The position numbers and the translations under genes are program-made. A stretch of DNA of 64,000 nucleotides from an archaeon (GTDB lineage Archaea; Iainarchaeota; Iainarchaeia; Iainarchaeales; 1-14-0-10-31-34). How positions within the stretch are numbered: the stretch's first letter is position 1; each line of letters starts with the position of its first letter. Shown piece after piece: positions 45,892 to 54,511 of the stretch. The notes under the pieces are model-generated. The model was not told where the DNA came from. It was given only the letters and a program-made list of their open reading frames with translations, and searched no databases. The stretch covers positions 66,253-130,252 of the forward strand of contig JBDRFE010000002.1 of assembly GCA_043819075.1 (NCBI GenBank). The letters run 5' to 3'.

Positions 45892-46668
45892 ATGTATATG
45901 ACTGGATTTAATTCTGTTGATTTTGTCTGGGATACTTGTATTGAGTTCCTTTACGACAAGGAACTTTATGCTGAGTCCATTTCCGAATTGCTTAAGGAAC
46001 AGGGTGCAAAAAAAATCCTTGACTGTTCCTGCGGGACAGGGTTTCCGTCAATCCAGCTTGCCAAAAGAGGATTTAATGTAACTGCCTCTGATGCAAGCTC
46101 CAGAATGCTTTCAAGGTTCAGAAAAAACATGGAAAAAGAAAAGCTTTCAATCCCTTTTTTTAAGTTAAAATGGAATAAGCTTGACTCTTTTTTTGATTCA
46201 GGCTTTGATGCAGTGTTGTGCAGGGGAAACTCTCTTCCTTATGCTGTTTCGTGGGAGAAAAATTCAGTTGACCTTGAAAAAGCAAGAAAAGAAATTTTTG
46301 TTTCACTCAAAAACATGTTTAACCTGCTGAAAGAAAACGGTTTTTTGTATGTTGACCTTTCTCCAAGAGAATCTTTTTCCCCTTTAAACACTGTTTTTAT
46401 CCACAAATTCAGGCCAAAAGAAATTGACGGAAAAACTGTTTTAATTGACTGGAAGATAACCCACTTTTTGGATAAAGGAAAGAGAATCTGGAATGCAAAC
46501 CTTCTGGTTAAAGAAACTAAAAAAAATTTTTCTCTGCGTTTTGAAGGCTATCATTTAAGGCACGCTGAACTGCTTTCAATTCTAAAAGAAGTTGGTTTTA
46601 AGAGAATATTTCCTTATGTTGATATTGAAGGGGAAAAAACTTATGATGTTTTTCTTGCATTCAAGTGA
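45892..46668 (+). CDS. Class I SAM-dependent methyltransferase
   Basis: ILDCSCGTGF motif I, DAVLC motif. Confidence 0.65.
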   Translation: MYMTGFNSVDFVWDTCIEFLYDKELYAESISELLKEQGAKKILDCSCGTGFPSIQLAKRGFNVTASDASSRMLSRFRKNMEKEKLSIPFFKLKWNKLDSFFDSGFDAVLCRGNSLPYAVSWEKNSVDLEKARKEIFVSLKNMFNLLKENGFLYVDLSPRESFSPLNTVFIHKFRPKEIDGKTVLIDWKITHFLDKGKRIWNANLLVKETKKNFSLRFEGYHLRHAELLSILKEVGFKRIFPYVDIEGEKTYDVFLAFK

Positions 46669-46674
46669 TGTTTT

Positions 46675-47016
46675 ATGAAATGCTTTCTTAAATCAAAAAT
46701 CCACAGGGCAACAGTAACTGAAGCAAACTTAAATTACATTGGAAGCATTTCAATTGACTCTGCTTTAATGCAGAAAGCAGGAATAGAGGAATTTGAAAAA
46801 GTTTTAGTTTGCAATATAAACAACGGGGAAAGAATTGAAACTTATGCAGTAAAGGCTGAAGCGGATTCAGGGACAATCTGCCTGAACGGGGCAGCAGCAA
46901 GAAAATTCCTTGCAGGGGATTTGGTGATAATCCTTGCATTTGAATATTCAGACAAGCCAGTCAAGCCAAAAATAGTTTTAGTGAATGAAAAAAACGCGTT
47001 TGCTGAATTCCTGTGA
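46675..47016 (+). CDS. panD: Aspartate 1-decarboxylase, pyruvoyl-dependent bacterial PanD type
   Basis: SKIHRATVTEANLNYIGSISID (Gly-Ser self-cleavage site), ICLNGAAAR, GDLVII: close match to bacterial PanD. Confidence 0.85.
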   Translation: MKCFLKSKIHRATVTEANLNYIGSISIDSALMQKAGIEEFEKVLVCNINNGERIETYAVKAEADSGTICLNGAAARKFLAGDLVIILAFEYSDKPVKPKIVLVNEKNAFAEFL

Positions 47017-47018
47017 AA

Positions 47019-47055
47019 ATCACCGGAAACCTGCCCTGAAAACATTTTTAAATTA
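47019..47055 (+). promoter_or_regulatory. Shared motif ATCACCGGAAAC, then CTGAAAA, then TATA (TTTTTAAATT), ~24 nt upstream of the nurA ATG
   Basis: ATCACCGGAAACCTGCCCTGAAAACATTTTTAAATTAAC. Confidence 0.5.
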
Positions 47056-47073
47056 ACAGAACTTGAATCTATT

Positions 47074-48174
47074 ATGAATGTTAATTCCCTGATATCTGAT
47101 GCAGTTACAAGAATAAAAGGCACTGAAAGCAAAAAAAAGCTTACCGCAAAAAAATTAACTGAATTAAAAAAACAAAAATTAACTGCATTCAGTTCCCCTG
47201 AACTGCTTGAAGAAAACTTTTTTTATGAAGTTTCTCCGACAGAATTAAACCATAAAATTGCAGGAACTGACTCTGGTTTTGTCGGCAAAAGAATGCATTC
47301 AGTTGACATAATCTTAATCAAAACTGTTTCAGCAATTTTTTCCTACAAAAAAAACAAGTTAATGAAAACAGAATACTTTCCTTCACCTACAAGTTTTCCG
47401 AAACCATTTATTTCTTCCAATACATTAGAAAACGATGAGTTTTTATGCAACCAGTCTTTGCTGAGGCTGCAGGAAGAAATTTCTTGTTCAAAAAAAGTAA
47501 TCGAAGAATTCAAGCCGGATTACTGTTTTATTGACGGAAGCATTATTCCCCAGTATGCCGACAAGGCAAGAAAAGGCTCTGCATTAAACTCTGATTATTC
47601 TTCTTTAATCAAATTGTTTGAATCATTGTATGAAACAGCTGAAAAAAATTCCTGCAGTTTAATTGCAACAGTAGAAGATTCAAGGGGCTCTAGATTCCGG
47701 AGTATTTTGCAGAAAGAAATACTGGAAAAAAACAATCTGCTTGCATCAAATGAATTAGATTGTTTTTTTGATTCAAGCCTGCTTGATTATTTGCTGTCAA
47801 AAAACCAGAGAAGCTTTTGCTTTAATTACACTTCTTCAATTAAAGAGCATCCTGTGTTAAACGATTTCAGCGAAAAATGGGCTTCAAAGATTAAAGCATT
47901 TTATTTGAAGCCTTCAATGCTTGACAGGCCGTTGAGAATAGAGTTTTTGCATAACGGAAAAAACCTTTCAGGGTACTGCAATGAAATTGCTTCAATTGTT
48001 TTGCCGCTTTCTTCTCTGCACAAAGAATACGCTTATCCAAGTGTTTTGATTGAAGCAGACTTGAGGGCAAGATTAAAGCAGAATGAAGTTGAAATTCTTT
48101 TCAATAAAATCCAGGACAAGCTTGGAAGAGAAAACGCTTTTCTTGCATTAAGAAGGAATTCAAGGCCTTTTTAA
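47074..48174 (+). CDS. nurA: NurA 5'-3' nuclease
   Basis: NurA-domain motifs (IAGTDSGF, CFIDGSI, ATVEDSRGS); sits near herA. Confidence 0.7.
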   Translation: MNVNSLISDAVTRIKGTESKKKLTAKKLTELKKQKLTAFSSPELLEENFFYEVSPTELNHKIAGTDSGFVGKRMHSVDIILIKTVSAIFSYKKNKLMKTEYFPSPTSFPKPFISSNTLENDEFLCNQSLLRLQEEISCSKKVIEEFKPDYCFIDGSIIPQYADKARKGSALNSDYSSLIKLFESLYETAEKNSCSLIATVEDSRGSRFRSILQKEILEKNNLLASNELDCFFDSSLLDYLLSKNQRSFCFNYTSSIKEHPVLNDFSEKWASKIKAFYLKPSMLDRPLRIEFLHNGKNLSGYCNEIASIVLPLSSLHKEYAYPSVLIEADLRARLKQNEVEILFNKIQDKLGRENAFLALRRNSRPF

Positions 48175-48449
48175 TGAAAACAAAACTGTTTTATATAGTT
48201 TGTTATATATTTGCTATAGTGAATTATGTGCCTGAGGTAACTACTATCCAATTAGAAAAAAATGTCGTGGAAAAACTGAAAAAATCAAAAAGGTATTCTA
48301 GGCAGACTTACTCTGAGTTAATCAGCAATATGCTTAAAGCTTATAATTTTCACAGAAACCAGTATGACGAGTTTCTCCACAAAATCCAGCAGGAGAAAAT
48401 GAAAGAATTATGGGACAATGATGAAGATGAGGAATGGGAAAAAGCTTGA
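48174..48449 (+). CDS. Ribbon-helix-helix antitoxin-like protein
   Basis: TTIQLEKNVVEKLKKSKRYSRQTYSELISNML is an RHH beta-strand plus helix; overlaps the downstream MazF-like gene. Confidence 0.45.
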   Translation: MKTKLFYIVCYIFAIVNYVPEVTTIQLEKNVVEKLKKSKRYSRQTYSELISNMLKAYNFHRNQYDEFLHKIQQEKMKELWDNDEDEEWEKA

Positions 48450-48756
48450 AGCCGGAGAAGTAGTTTTAACTCAAATTCAATTTGCAGATTCTTTTGAGAC
48501 AAAAAAAAGGCCTGTGGTTGTTTTGTTTGAAGAATTCACCAATGTTATTGTCGCAGGGATTACAAGCAACCTTGAAATGAAGGGAATTCCTTTGAGCAAA
48601 AAGGAAGGTGCAATAAAAGACAGCGTCATTAAAACAAATTATATTTTTACGACATCTGAAAAAGCGATATTAAAGAAATTGTTTAAATTAAGTAAAGAAA
48701 AAAGAATTATTTTATACAATGAACTAAATCAAAAATTTGAAAAACTAAAAACCTAA
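48418..48756 (+). CDS. PemK/MazF-family endoribonuclease toxin-like protein
   Basis: GEVVLTQIQFADSFETKKRPVVVL...VIVAGITSN matches the MazF/PemK pattern (GDIV.V.F..S.G.E.KRPAVV...VAPITS). Confidence 0.6.
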   Translation: MMKMRNGKKLEAGEVVLTQIQFADSFETKKRPVVVLFEEFTNVIVAGITSNLEMKGIPLSKKEGAIKDSVIKTNYIFTTSEKAILKKLFKLSKEKRIILYNELNQKFEKLKT

Positions 48757-48799
48757 TCAATTAAATTGTTTTCCCATATTATTTTTTTATTGATTTTAA

Positions 48800-49477
48800 A
48801 TGAACAAAAAATTAAAAGTAAAAGCAGTTTTTTTTGATTTATGGAATACTATTGCTTTCACTGACTCAAAAAAAGAGGTTTTCAGGGAAATGCAGATCCG
48901 CTTAGGATTGAATGAATTAACTCATTCACAGTTTTTGCAGGAATGCGAGAACGCAATAATGACAGAAGAATTTGAGTCAATTGACCACTTGAATGCAAGG
49001 CTGTTAAATCATTTTAATGTTCCGACAGGAGAAATTTTGCTTGGAGATCTGGATTTTATGTGGAATCATGCCTTAAAAAACAATAAATTGTTTCCTGAAA
49101 CAATTAAAGCCCTTGAAAAAACTAAAAAGCATTTTAAGACTGCATTAATTTCTAACTGCGAAAACTTTGGCGTTAAATCACTTTCAAAAGATTTTTCTTT
49201 AAGCAATTATTTTGATGAAGTTGTTTTGTCATGTGAAACAGGCTTGTTAAAGCCTAACCCAAAAATTTTTTTGCTTCCCTTGAAAAAACTTAAAATAAAG
49301 CCCCAGGATGCAGTAATGATTGGAGATTCAATGAGAACTGATATGGGCGGGGCAAAAAGGGCTGGGATGAAAACAATTTTAATTGACAGGAAAGGAAAAG
49401 CAAAAGGAAAAAACCTTTCAGTGGATGCAGTAATTAATTCTTTGAATGAACTGCCTGAAATAATCAGCTTCAAATAG
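48800..49477 (+). CDS. HAD-superfamily hydrolase
   Basis: FFDLWNT (motif I DxxxT), SNCEN (motif II), GDSMRTDMGGA (motif IV). Confidence 0.65.
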   Translation: MNKKLKVKAVFFDLWNTIAFTDSKKEVFREMQIRLGLNELTHSQFLQECENAIMTEEFESIDHLNARLLNHFNVPTGEILLGDLDFMWNHALKNNKLFPETIKALEKTKKHFKTALISNCENFGVKSLSKDFSLSNYFDEVVLSCETGLLKPNPKIFLLPLKKLKIKPQDAVMIGDSMRTDMGGAKRAGMKTILIDRKGKAKGKNLSVDAVINSLNELPEIISFK

Positions 49478-49486
49478 TTTTGGTGT

Positions 49487-49521
49487 TTCACCGGCATTGC
49501 ACACTGAAAGCCTTTAAATAA
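49487..49521 (+). promoter_or_regulatory. Shared motif TTCACCGGCATTG, then CTGAAAG, then TATA (TTTAAATAA), ~25 nt upstream of the herA ATG
   Basis: TTCACCGGCATTGCACACTGAAAGCCTTTAAATAACC. Confidence 0.5.
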
Positions 49522-49541
49522 CCTCTAATCATTTTTTGGTT

Positions 49542-51086
49542 ATGGAAGAAAAACAGGAAATCGGCACAGTTATTTCTACAATGGATTCTCCTAGCCCATC
49601 CAAGCTAAGTTTTGTAGTTGACTCAGACAAGCCTGTTCACCGAGGCCAGTTTGTTGAACTGGATTACTCTGAAGGAACATTAATTGCTTTAGTGAACAAC
49701 GTAGTGAAAACAAACCGTTATTTTGAGAGAGCTGATTCAGTAAAAGAATTTGAATCAAATGGTTTAAGCCTCAAAGAACAGTTTCCTACCACTGAATGGG
49801 AATTTTTGATTGCAGAAACAAGACCTTTAGGTGTTTTCACTGAAAGCCTAACCAAGCGCTCTACTTTTCCTCCTTCTCCTGGCATTAAAGTCAGGGTTGC
49901 TTCGGATAAAAACCTGAAAAAATTTTTTGGTTTTGATGAAAAAAACGGATTAAGTCTTGGAAAAGTCGAATACCATGACACTGAAGTAAAAATTAATTTA
50001 ACTAAATTAATGCAAAAGCATGTTGCTGTTCTTGCAATGAGTGGTGCAGGGAAATCATATTTTGTCGGCGTCTTATTGGAGGAACTGCTTGAAAGAAAAA
50101 AAGAGCAGGGAAGGATTGCAACAATAGTGTTAGATGTTCACGGCGAATACGGTTCTTTTTGCGAGCCAACAACAGACAAAAAATTCAAAGACTATTCTTC
50201 TAAAACAAAATTAGTTAATGCAAGAAACATCCGCATCGGCGTATCAAAGCTTTCAGCAGGATTGTTTTCTTCAATTCTTCCGGGTTTAAGCGCTCCCCAG
50301 AAAAGGGATTTAGGAAGAATTATTTTTAAATTACAGCAGAAAATGAAGGAAGGTCTTGGACCGTATTCTTTGAATGACATTAAAAGAGAATTATCCAAAG
50401 ACGAGGAAGTAAAAGATGTAACAGAAAAAGCCTTGAATTCGTGGTTTGCTGAATTAGAGGAACTGAATTTGTTTTCTGAAACAGATTCTCCTTCTTTAGA
50501 GGATTTGGTTGAGCCAGGCAAAATGACTGTAGTTGATTTTTCTGATATAATTCATTTAAAGAAAAAACAGATTATAGTGAATTATTTTGCAAACAAATTG
50601 TTTGCCTTGAGAAGAAAAAAACAGATTCCGCCTTTTTTCCTTGTTCTCGAGGAAGCTCACCAGTTTATTCCAGAGCGAATGTCAAAAGAAGGCGCGATTG
50701 CAAGAAGCATTTTAGAGACAATTGCAAGAGAAGGACGAAAATTTGGTGCGGCTTTATGTTTGATTTCCCAGAGGCCAATTCAGTTAAGCACTACAGTTTT
50801 ATCTCAATGCAATACTCACATCATTTTGCGCATTACAAATCCTTATGACTTAAAGCATATCGGAGAAAGCTCTGAAGGACTAGATTCCCGTTCACTTGAA
50901 ATGATTACTGTTTTAAGAGTCGGAGAAGCATTAATCTTGGGGGAAGCAACAGGCTTTCCATTGTTTTTTAAGGTAAGGAAAAGGCTTTCAGCTGAATCAA
51001 GGCACGAGAAATCAATTGAACAAAGTGCAATAGACTTTGAGGATTCAGCAGATGAAAGAGAAAACGAGGCAAGACAGTTTCTTTAG
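49542..51086 (+). CDS. herA: HerA (FtsK/HerA-superfamily helicase)
   Basis: HVAVLAMSGAGKSYFVGV Walker A, VLEEAHQFIP Walker B; the ORF track starts at TTG 49536, and ATG 49542 lies ~25 nt after the TATA box. Confidence 0.8.
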   Translation: MEEKQEIGTVISTMDSPSPSKLSFVVDSDKPVHRGQFVELDYSEGTLIALVNNVVKTNRYFERADSVKEFESNGLSLKEQFPTTEWEFLIAETRPLGVFTESLTKRSTFPPSPGIKVRVASDKNLKKFFGFDEKNGLSLGKVEYHDTEVKINLTKLMQKHVAVLAMSGAGKSYFVGVLLEELLERKKEQGRIATIVLDVHGEYGSFCEPTTDKKFKDYSSKTKLVNARNIRIGVSKLSAGLFSSILPGLSAPQKRDLGRIIFKLQQKMKEGLGPYSLNDIKRELSKDEEVKDVTEKALNSWFAELEELNLFSETDSPSLEDLVEPGKMTVVDFSDIIHLKKKQIIVNYFANKLFALRRKKQIPPFFLVLEEAHQFIPERMSKEGAIARSILETIAREGRKFGAALCLISQRPIQLSTTVLSQCNTHIILRITNPYDLKHIGESSEGLDSRSLEMITVLRVGEALILGEATGFPLFFKVRKRLSAESRHEKSIEQSAIDFEDSADERENEARQFL

Positions 51087-52060
51087 TGATGTTTTGGTTT
51101 TCTTTTAAGAGTAAGAATGCCTGATTTTTTTTTGCCTCTGCGCCCTGTTTTGTATCTGAATCCAAGCTGGTCAAATACTGCCCTGTGCATTCTGAATCCT
51201 GCTGTTGCAATTCTTTGTTTTTCTCTTGCAATAATACTGTTTTCTTCAGGAGTTCTTTTTTTTGGATCAACCAGCCTTATTTTTCCAATGCTTTTTTTAT
51301 TTTTGGGCATTCCTTTTAATAGTTTTTTATTTTCTACCAGCCTGTTCATTACAACATTTTCAGACGGCGTCATGTATGGAAGAGTTCTCGGGTTTCTTGC
51401 TTCAACTTTTATGTTGTCTGAAGCTGCTGAAACAAGAGTTTCTGCCATGAATCTGAATGCAGATGTCGCTTTTTTGCGCAAACCTAGTTTTGTCAGTGTT
51501 TTGGAAAATTCTTCTATTTCTTTTCTATTAATGCTTCCCTGAAAGTTTCCTATCACTAAAACAGGTTTTCCGTTTTTTGTAAACCTGAACCCTAAATTAA
51601 GTCTGGCTATCGGAAACTTTTCAGTTCCTTCTATTAGGTTTATTGCCAGCATGTTTCCGTCTTCGACACTCTGGCCTAAAGCAAACCTGAATTTTCCTAT
51701 TGTTTTTCCTGAAATTTTTCCCAAGGTTTCTGCAAAATTTTTTAGGACAAACCGCATGTTTGCTTTGTTTGCGCTTGCATCATCTTCATATGTTCTTTTA
51801 TATTGGCGCATAGAAGGAGAATCTGTTATAATCTGTAAACTGTGCCTGATTATTGTTCGAACAACTTCAAGGCTGCTTTTTTTGACTGAATTTAAAATTA
51901 GTTCTGAATCGTTTCTTGAAATTAATTTTGTTTTGTCATGGTAAGTTAAACTATAAAAAACATGTTCAGCAAATTTTTTTGCTTCCTGCCTTGGAATTCC
52001 TGTTTTGTTTAATTCTCCTTCGAATTCTCTTTGGGAAACAAATAATTGTGATTTTGCCAT
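51083..52060 (-). CDS. Hypothetical 325-aa protein with a basic C-terminus, cotranscribed with an upstream RHH gene
   Basis: Long ORF in an AT-rich genome; no recognised motifs. Confidence 0.5.
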   Translation of the reverse strand: MAKSQLFVSQREFEGELNKTGIPRQEAKKFAEHVFYSLTYHDKTKLISRNDSELILNSVKKSSLEVVRTIIRHSLQIITDSPSMRQYKRTYEDDASANKANMRFVLKNFAETLGKISGKTIGKFRFALGQSVEDGNMLAINLIEGTEKFPIARLNLGFRFTKNGKPVLVIGNFQGSINRKEIEEFSKTLTKLGLRKKATSAFRFMAETLVSAASDNIKVEARNPRTLPYMTPSENVVMNRLVENKKLLKGMPKNKKSIGKIRLVDPKKRTPEENSIIAREKQRIATAGFRMHRAVFDQLGFRYKTGRRGKKKSGILTLKRKPKHH

Positions 52061-52100
52061 AAAACAATTGTTTATTTTAAGTTAATAATGCTTCCTTTAA

Positions 52101-52352
52101 TCAAAGCCCTAATTTTTTCAGCCTTGTAATCGGGTCGTCGTTAATGTATTCTTCTAATGCTTTCTCCAATTCATCGTCTTTTTCGTAAGCCAAGCCTGAT
52201 TTTTTTTTCCCGCTCATGTCTTCAATTCTCAGCCTGACGGAATCCCTTACTGCTTCAGTCCGAGAAGCATAAAACCCTTTTTTGACAAGTTTATCAATTT
52301 CCTCTATATCTTTTTTTGAAAAATTAATTAACACAGAAATCCTTGAAGCCAA
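52101..52352 (-). CDS. Ribbon-helix-helix (CopG-family) protein
   Basis: ISVLINFSKKDIEEIDKLVKKGFYASRTEAVRDSVR. Confidence 0.6.
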   Translation of the reverse strand: MASRISVLINFSKKDIEEIDKLVKKGFYASRTEAVRDSVRLRIEDMSGKKKSGLAYEKDDELEKALEEYINDDPITRLKKLGL

Positions 52353-52452
52353 TCAAACCACCAGTAAAACAGAACGCAATCAGAATTAATAAATATATAC
52401 TTTAATACAATCTTTATATATTTTTTATATATTAAGCTGTTTTTTTCAGATT

Positions 52453-52490
52453 TTCACCGGCAGTCATGTGTCTGCTTTTGTTTTTAAACC
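52453..52490 (+). promoter_or_regulatory. Shared motif TTCACCGGCAGTCA plus TATA (TTTTTAAACC), ~25 nt upstream of ATG 52510 of the 495-aa hypothetical
   Basis: TTCACCGGCAGTCATGTGTCTGCTTTTGTTTTTAAACC. Confidence 0.5.
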
Positions 52491-52509
52491 AAAAAAATTT
52501 TCTTTTATC

Positions 52510-53997
52510 ATGCCTTTGCCCAATGCCTTTTATTTATCCAATGCGGAATATGTTGAAGAAAAAAAACGCGTGTGCGTTGAATTTTCTTCTTTGAATGAAA
52601 CCAGACGAATTTCTTTCCCTTTTATTCCATGCATTTTAGTGCATCAAACTCTTTTGGATGAATCACTTAATTCTTTTCTTTCTGATTCAGGAAAAAAAAT
52701 AAGAACAGAAAAAATTGCAAACGGCTTAAAGATTTTTTCTTCTGATTTTTCTCTTTTAAATGAAATTAATTTTCTTTCAGGAAAAAAATGCATTCTGCTT
52801 TCTCCTGAAAGGCAGTTTTTGCTTGAAAAAAACTGGAGTTTTTTTGATGAATTTGAGTTAGGCGGAGAAATAACAAAAAAAGAACTTGAAAAGCTTCCTG
52901 AAATAAAGCTTGATTTTGCTTCTGGCTCTTTAAAGGATTTTGTTTCTGAACTGCTTTCTGTTTCAGACCTTCCTGCAAAAAGCTTTCTTAACAAATTAGT
53001 TCTTTCAAATATTTTGTGTGTTAAGCCTGAACTGCTTTCTGTTTCCAAGCCTGCTTTAACAGATTTTTTCATTGAATCGGTTTTGTTCAAAAACAGTTTT
53101 GCTTTTGTGAAAAAAAACCCTAAATTTGATTCAGGTTTTTCAGGGAAAACTTCTTTTTCTAAACTAAAAGAAGTTGATTTTTCTTTTGTCTGGCCTGTGC
53201 TTTTTTCTTTTCCTTTCCATAATCTTGGTTTTGAATCAATTAATTGTTCCTGCTGCAGGCCTGAAAACCCTGCTGAAAGAAATGTCCTTCCATCATCTCT
53301 TATTGAAGTCAGGTTCATTCAGGATGGAATATACTTTGAATCAACAAACAACGAATGGGGTTCTTTTGTGCATGAAAATTCTTCTGGAAAACAAAAAAGA
53401 GTCAAGAAAATGATTGAATGGAATCTTAGAAGCATTCCTTTGGGCCCTTTTTTCAGAAACGATGTTTTGAGGGTTCCGTTAACTGATGCAGCCAAATTAA
53501 GAGATGAAGGAAAAGTTGTTTTTTTGTCTTCTCATGACCTGCACTGGGCTTGCACTAAAAAAGAGTCTTTTCTGTCTGAAAAATTAAGTGAATTAAACAA
53601 AAAAATTGTTTTTTTTGAAAGAAGGATTAATGAGCTTGAACTGAATTCGGTTAAAGAGAACGGAATTGCTTTTTCTTTGTTTCTTGACGAAGACACTGAA
53701 TTCATTTTTCTTTCAGAGTATAAAAAGGCTTTGAGGCAGCTTTTTTCTTCTGTTCCATTCCAGCTGGCTTCTTTTTCTTCTGCTTTTTTTGATTTTTCTC
53801 TTTCAAATTCAATTAAATGTGTTTTTGCATCTGTTTTAAGCAGGTTCAGGGAGTTTTCTTTGCTGAATTCAAGCGCTTCTTTTGCCCAAAAAAACACTGT
53901 TTTAATTGATTCAGATAATGCCTTGGATTTGCTGTTGGAGTTTTCCAAGTCTGAGGGAATCCCGGTTCCAGAATTAGGGCTTGCGGTAAAGCCATGA
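52510..53997 (+). CDS. Hypothetical ~495-aa protein carrying the repair-type promoter motif
   Basis: The ORF track starts at GTG 52468; ATG 52510 lies ~25 nt after the TATA box; contains a Cys cluster (CSCCRPENPAE); not recognised. Confidence 0.5.
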   Translation: MPLPNAFYLSNAEYVEEKKRVCVEFSSLNETRRISFPFIPCILVHQTLLDESLNSFLSDSGKKIRTEKIANGLKIFSSDFSLLNEINFLSGKKCILLSPERQFLLEKNWSFFDEFELGGEITKKELEKLPEIKLDFASGSLKDFVSELLSVSDLPAKSFLNKLVLSNILCVKPELLSVSKPALTDFFIESVLFKNSFAFVKKNPKFDSGFSGKTSFSKLKEVDFSFVWPVLFSFPFHNLGFESINCSCCRPENPAERNVLPSSLIEVRFIQDGIYFESTNNEWGSFVHENSSGKQKRVKKMIEWNLRSIPLGPFFRNDVLRVPLTDAAKLRDEGKVVFLSSHDLHWACTKKESFLSEKLSELNKKIVFFERRINELELNSVKENGIAFSLFLDEDTEFIFLSEYKKALRQLFSSVPFQLASFSSAFFDFSLSNSIKCVFASVLSRFREFSLLNSSASFAQKNTVLIDSDNALDLLLEFSKSEGIPVPELGLAVKP

Positions 53998-54103
53998 AAC
54001 CTTGCTTTTAACAGCCCTGAAACTGCTTCTTTTTTATTTGTTTTCTTGTACTCTTATTATTGCTATTAACCGCTTTTTTTTATGGCTTTTAATTGTTGTT
54101 TGA

Positions 54104-54316
54104 GTGATTTTTTTGAGTGAATTAACAAGATTTGAAAAAACAAGATTAATCAGTGCAAGGTCTTTTCAGCTGGCTTTAGGCGCACCGCCTATGGTGAAAG
54201 CAGACAAAGACGAGTCAATGATTGATGTTGCAAGAAAAGAGCTTGAAGAAAAAAAGATTCCTTTGGCTGTTGTAAGGTTGTTTCCTTCAGGCGAAAAAGT
54301 TAGAGTTGAACCTTAA
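54104..54316 (+). CDS. rpoK: DNA-directed RNA polymerase subunit K (Rpo6/omega)
   Basis: SELTRFEKTRLISARSFQLALGAPPMV matches [22 protein letters not shown]. Confidence 0.75.
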   Translation: MIFLSELTRFEKTRLISARSFQLALGAPPMVKADKDESMIDVARKELEEKKIPLAVVRLFPSGEKVRVEP

Positions 54317-54325
54317 GGTGATTTA

Positions 54326-54511
54326 ATGGGAAAATCTGTTCCAAAAGGAGTTAAAGTCAAGGCAGAAATCCTGCTGAAAGAAAGCAATGAATTTTCAACT
54401 GATTTTGATAAAAACAAGGAAGTAATTGATTCAATGAAATTAGGGCTTTCAAAAAAAATAAGAAACCTTATTGCCGGATTTATTGTAAGAAAAAAATCAG
54501 TGAAAGACTAG
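54326..54511 (+). CDS. rps17e: 30S ribosomal protein S17e
   Basis: MGK...VKVKAEILLKE...FSTDFDKNKEVIDSM...SKKIRNLIAGFI matches S17e ([27 protein letters not shown]). Confidence 0.75.
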   Translation: MGKSVPKGVKVKAEILLKESNEFSTDFDKNKEVIDSMKLGLSKKIRNLIAGFIVRKKSVKD

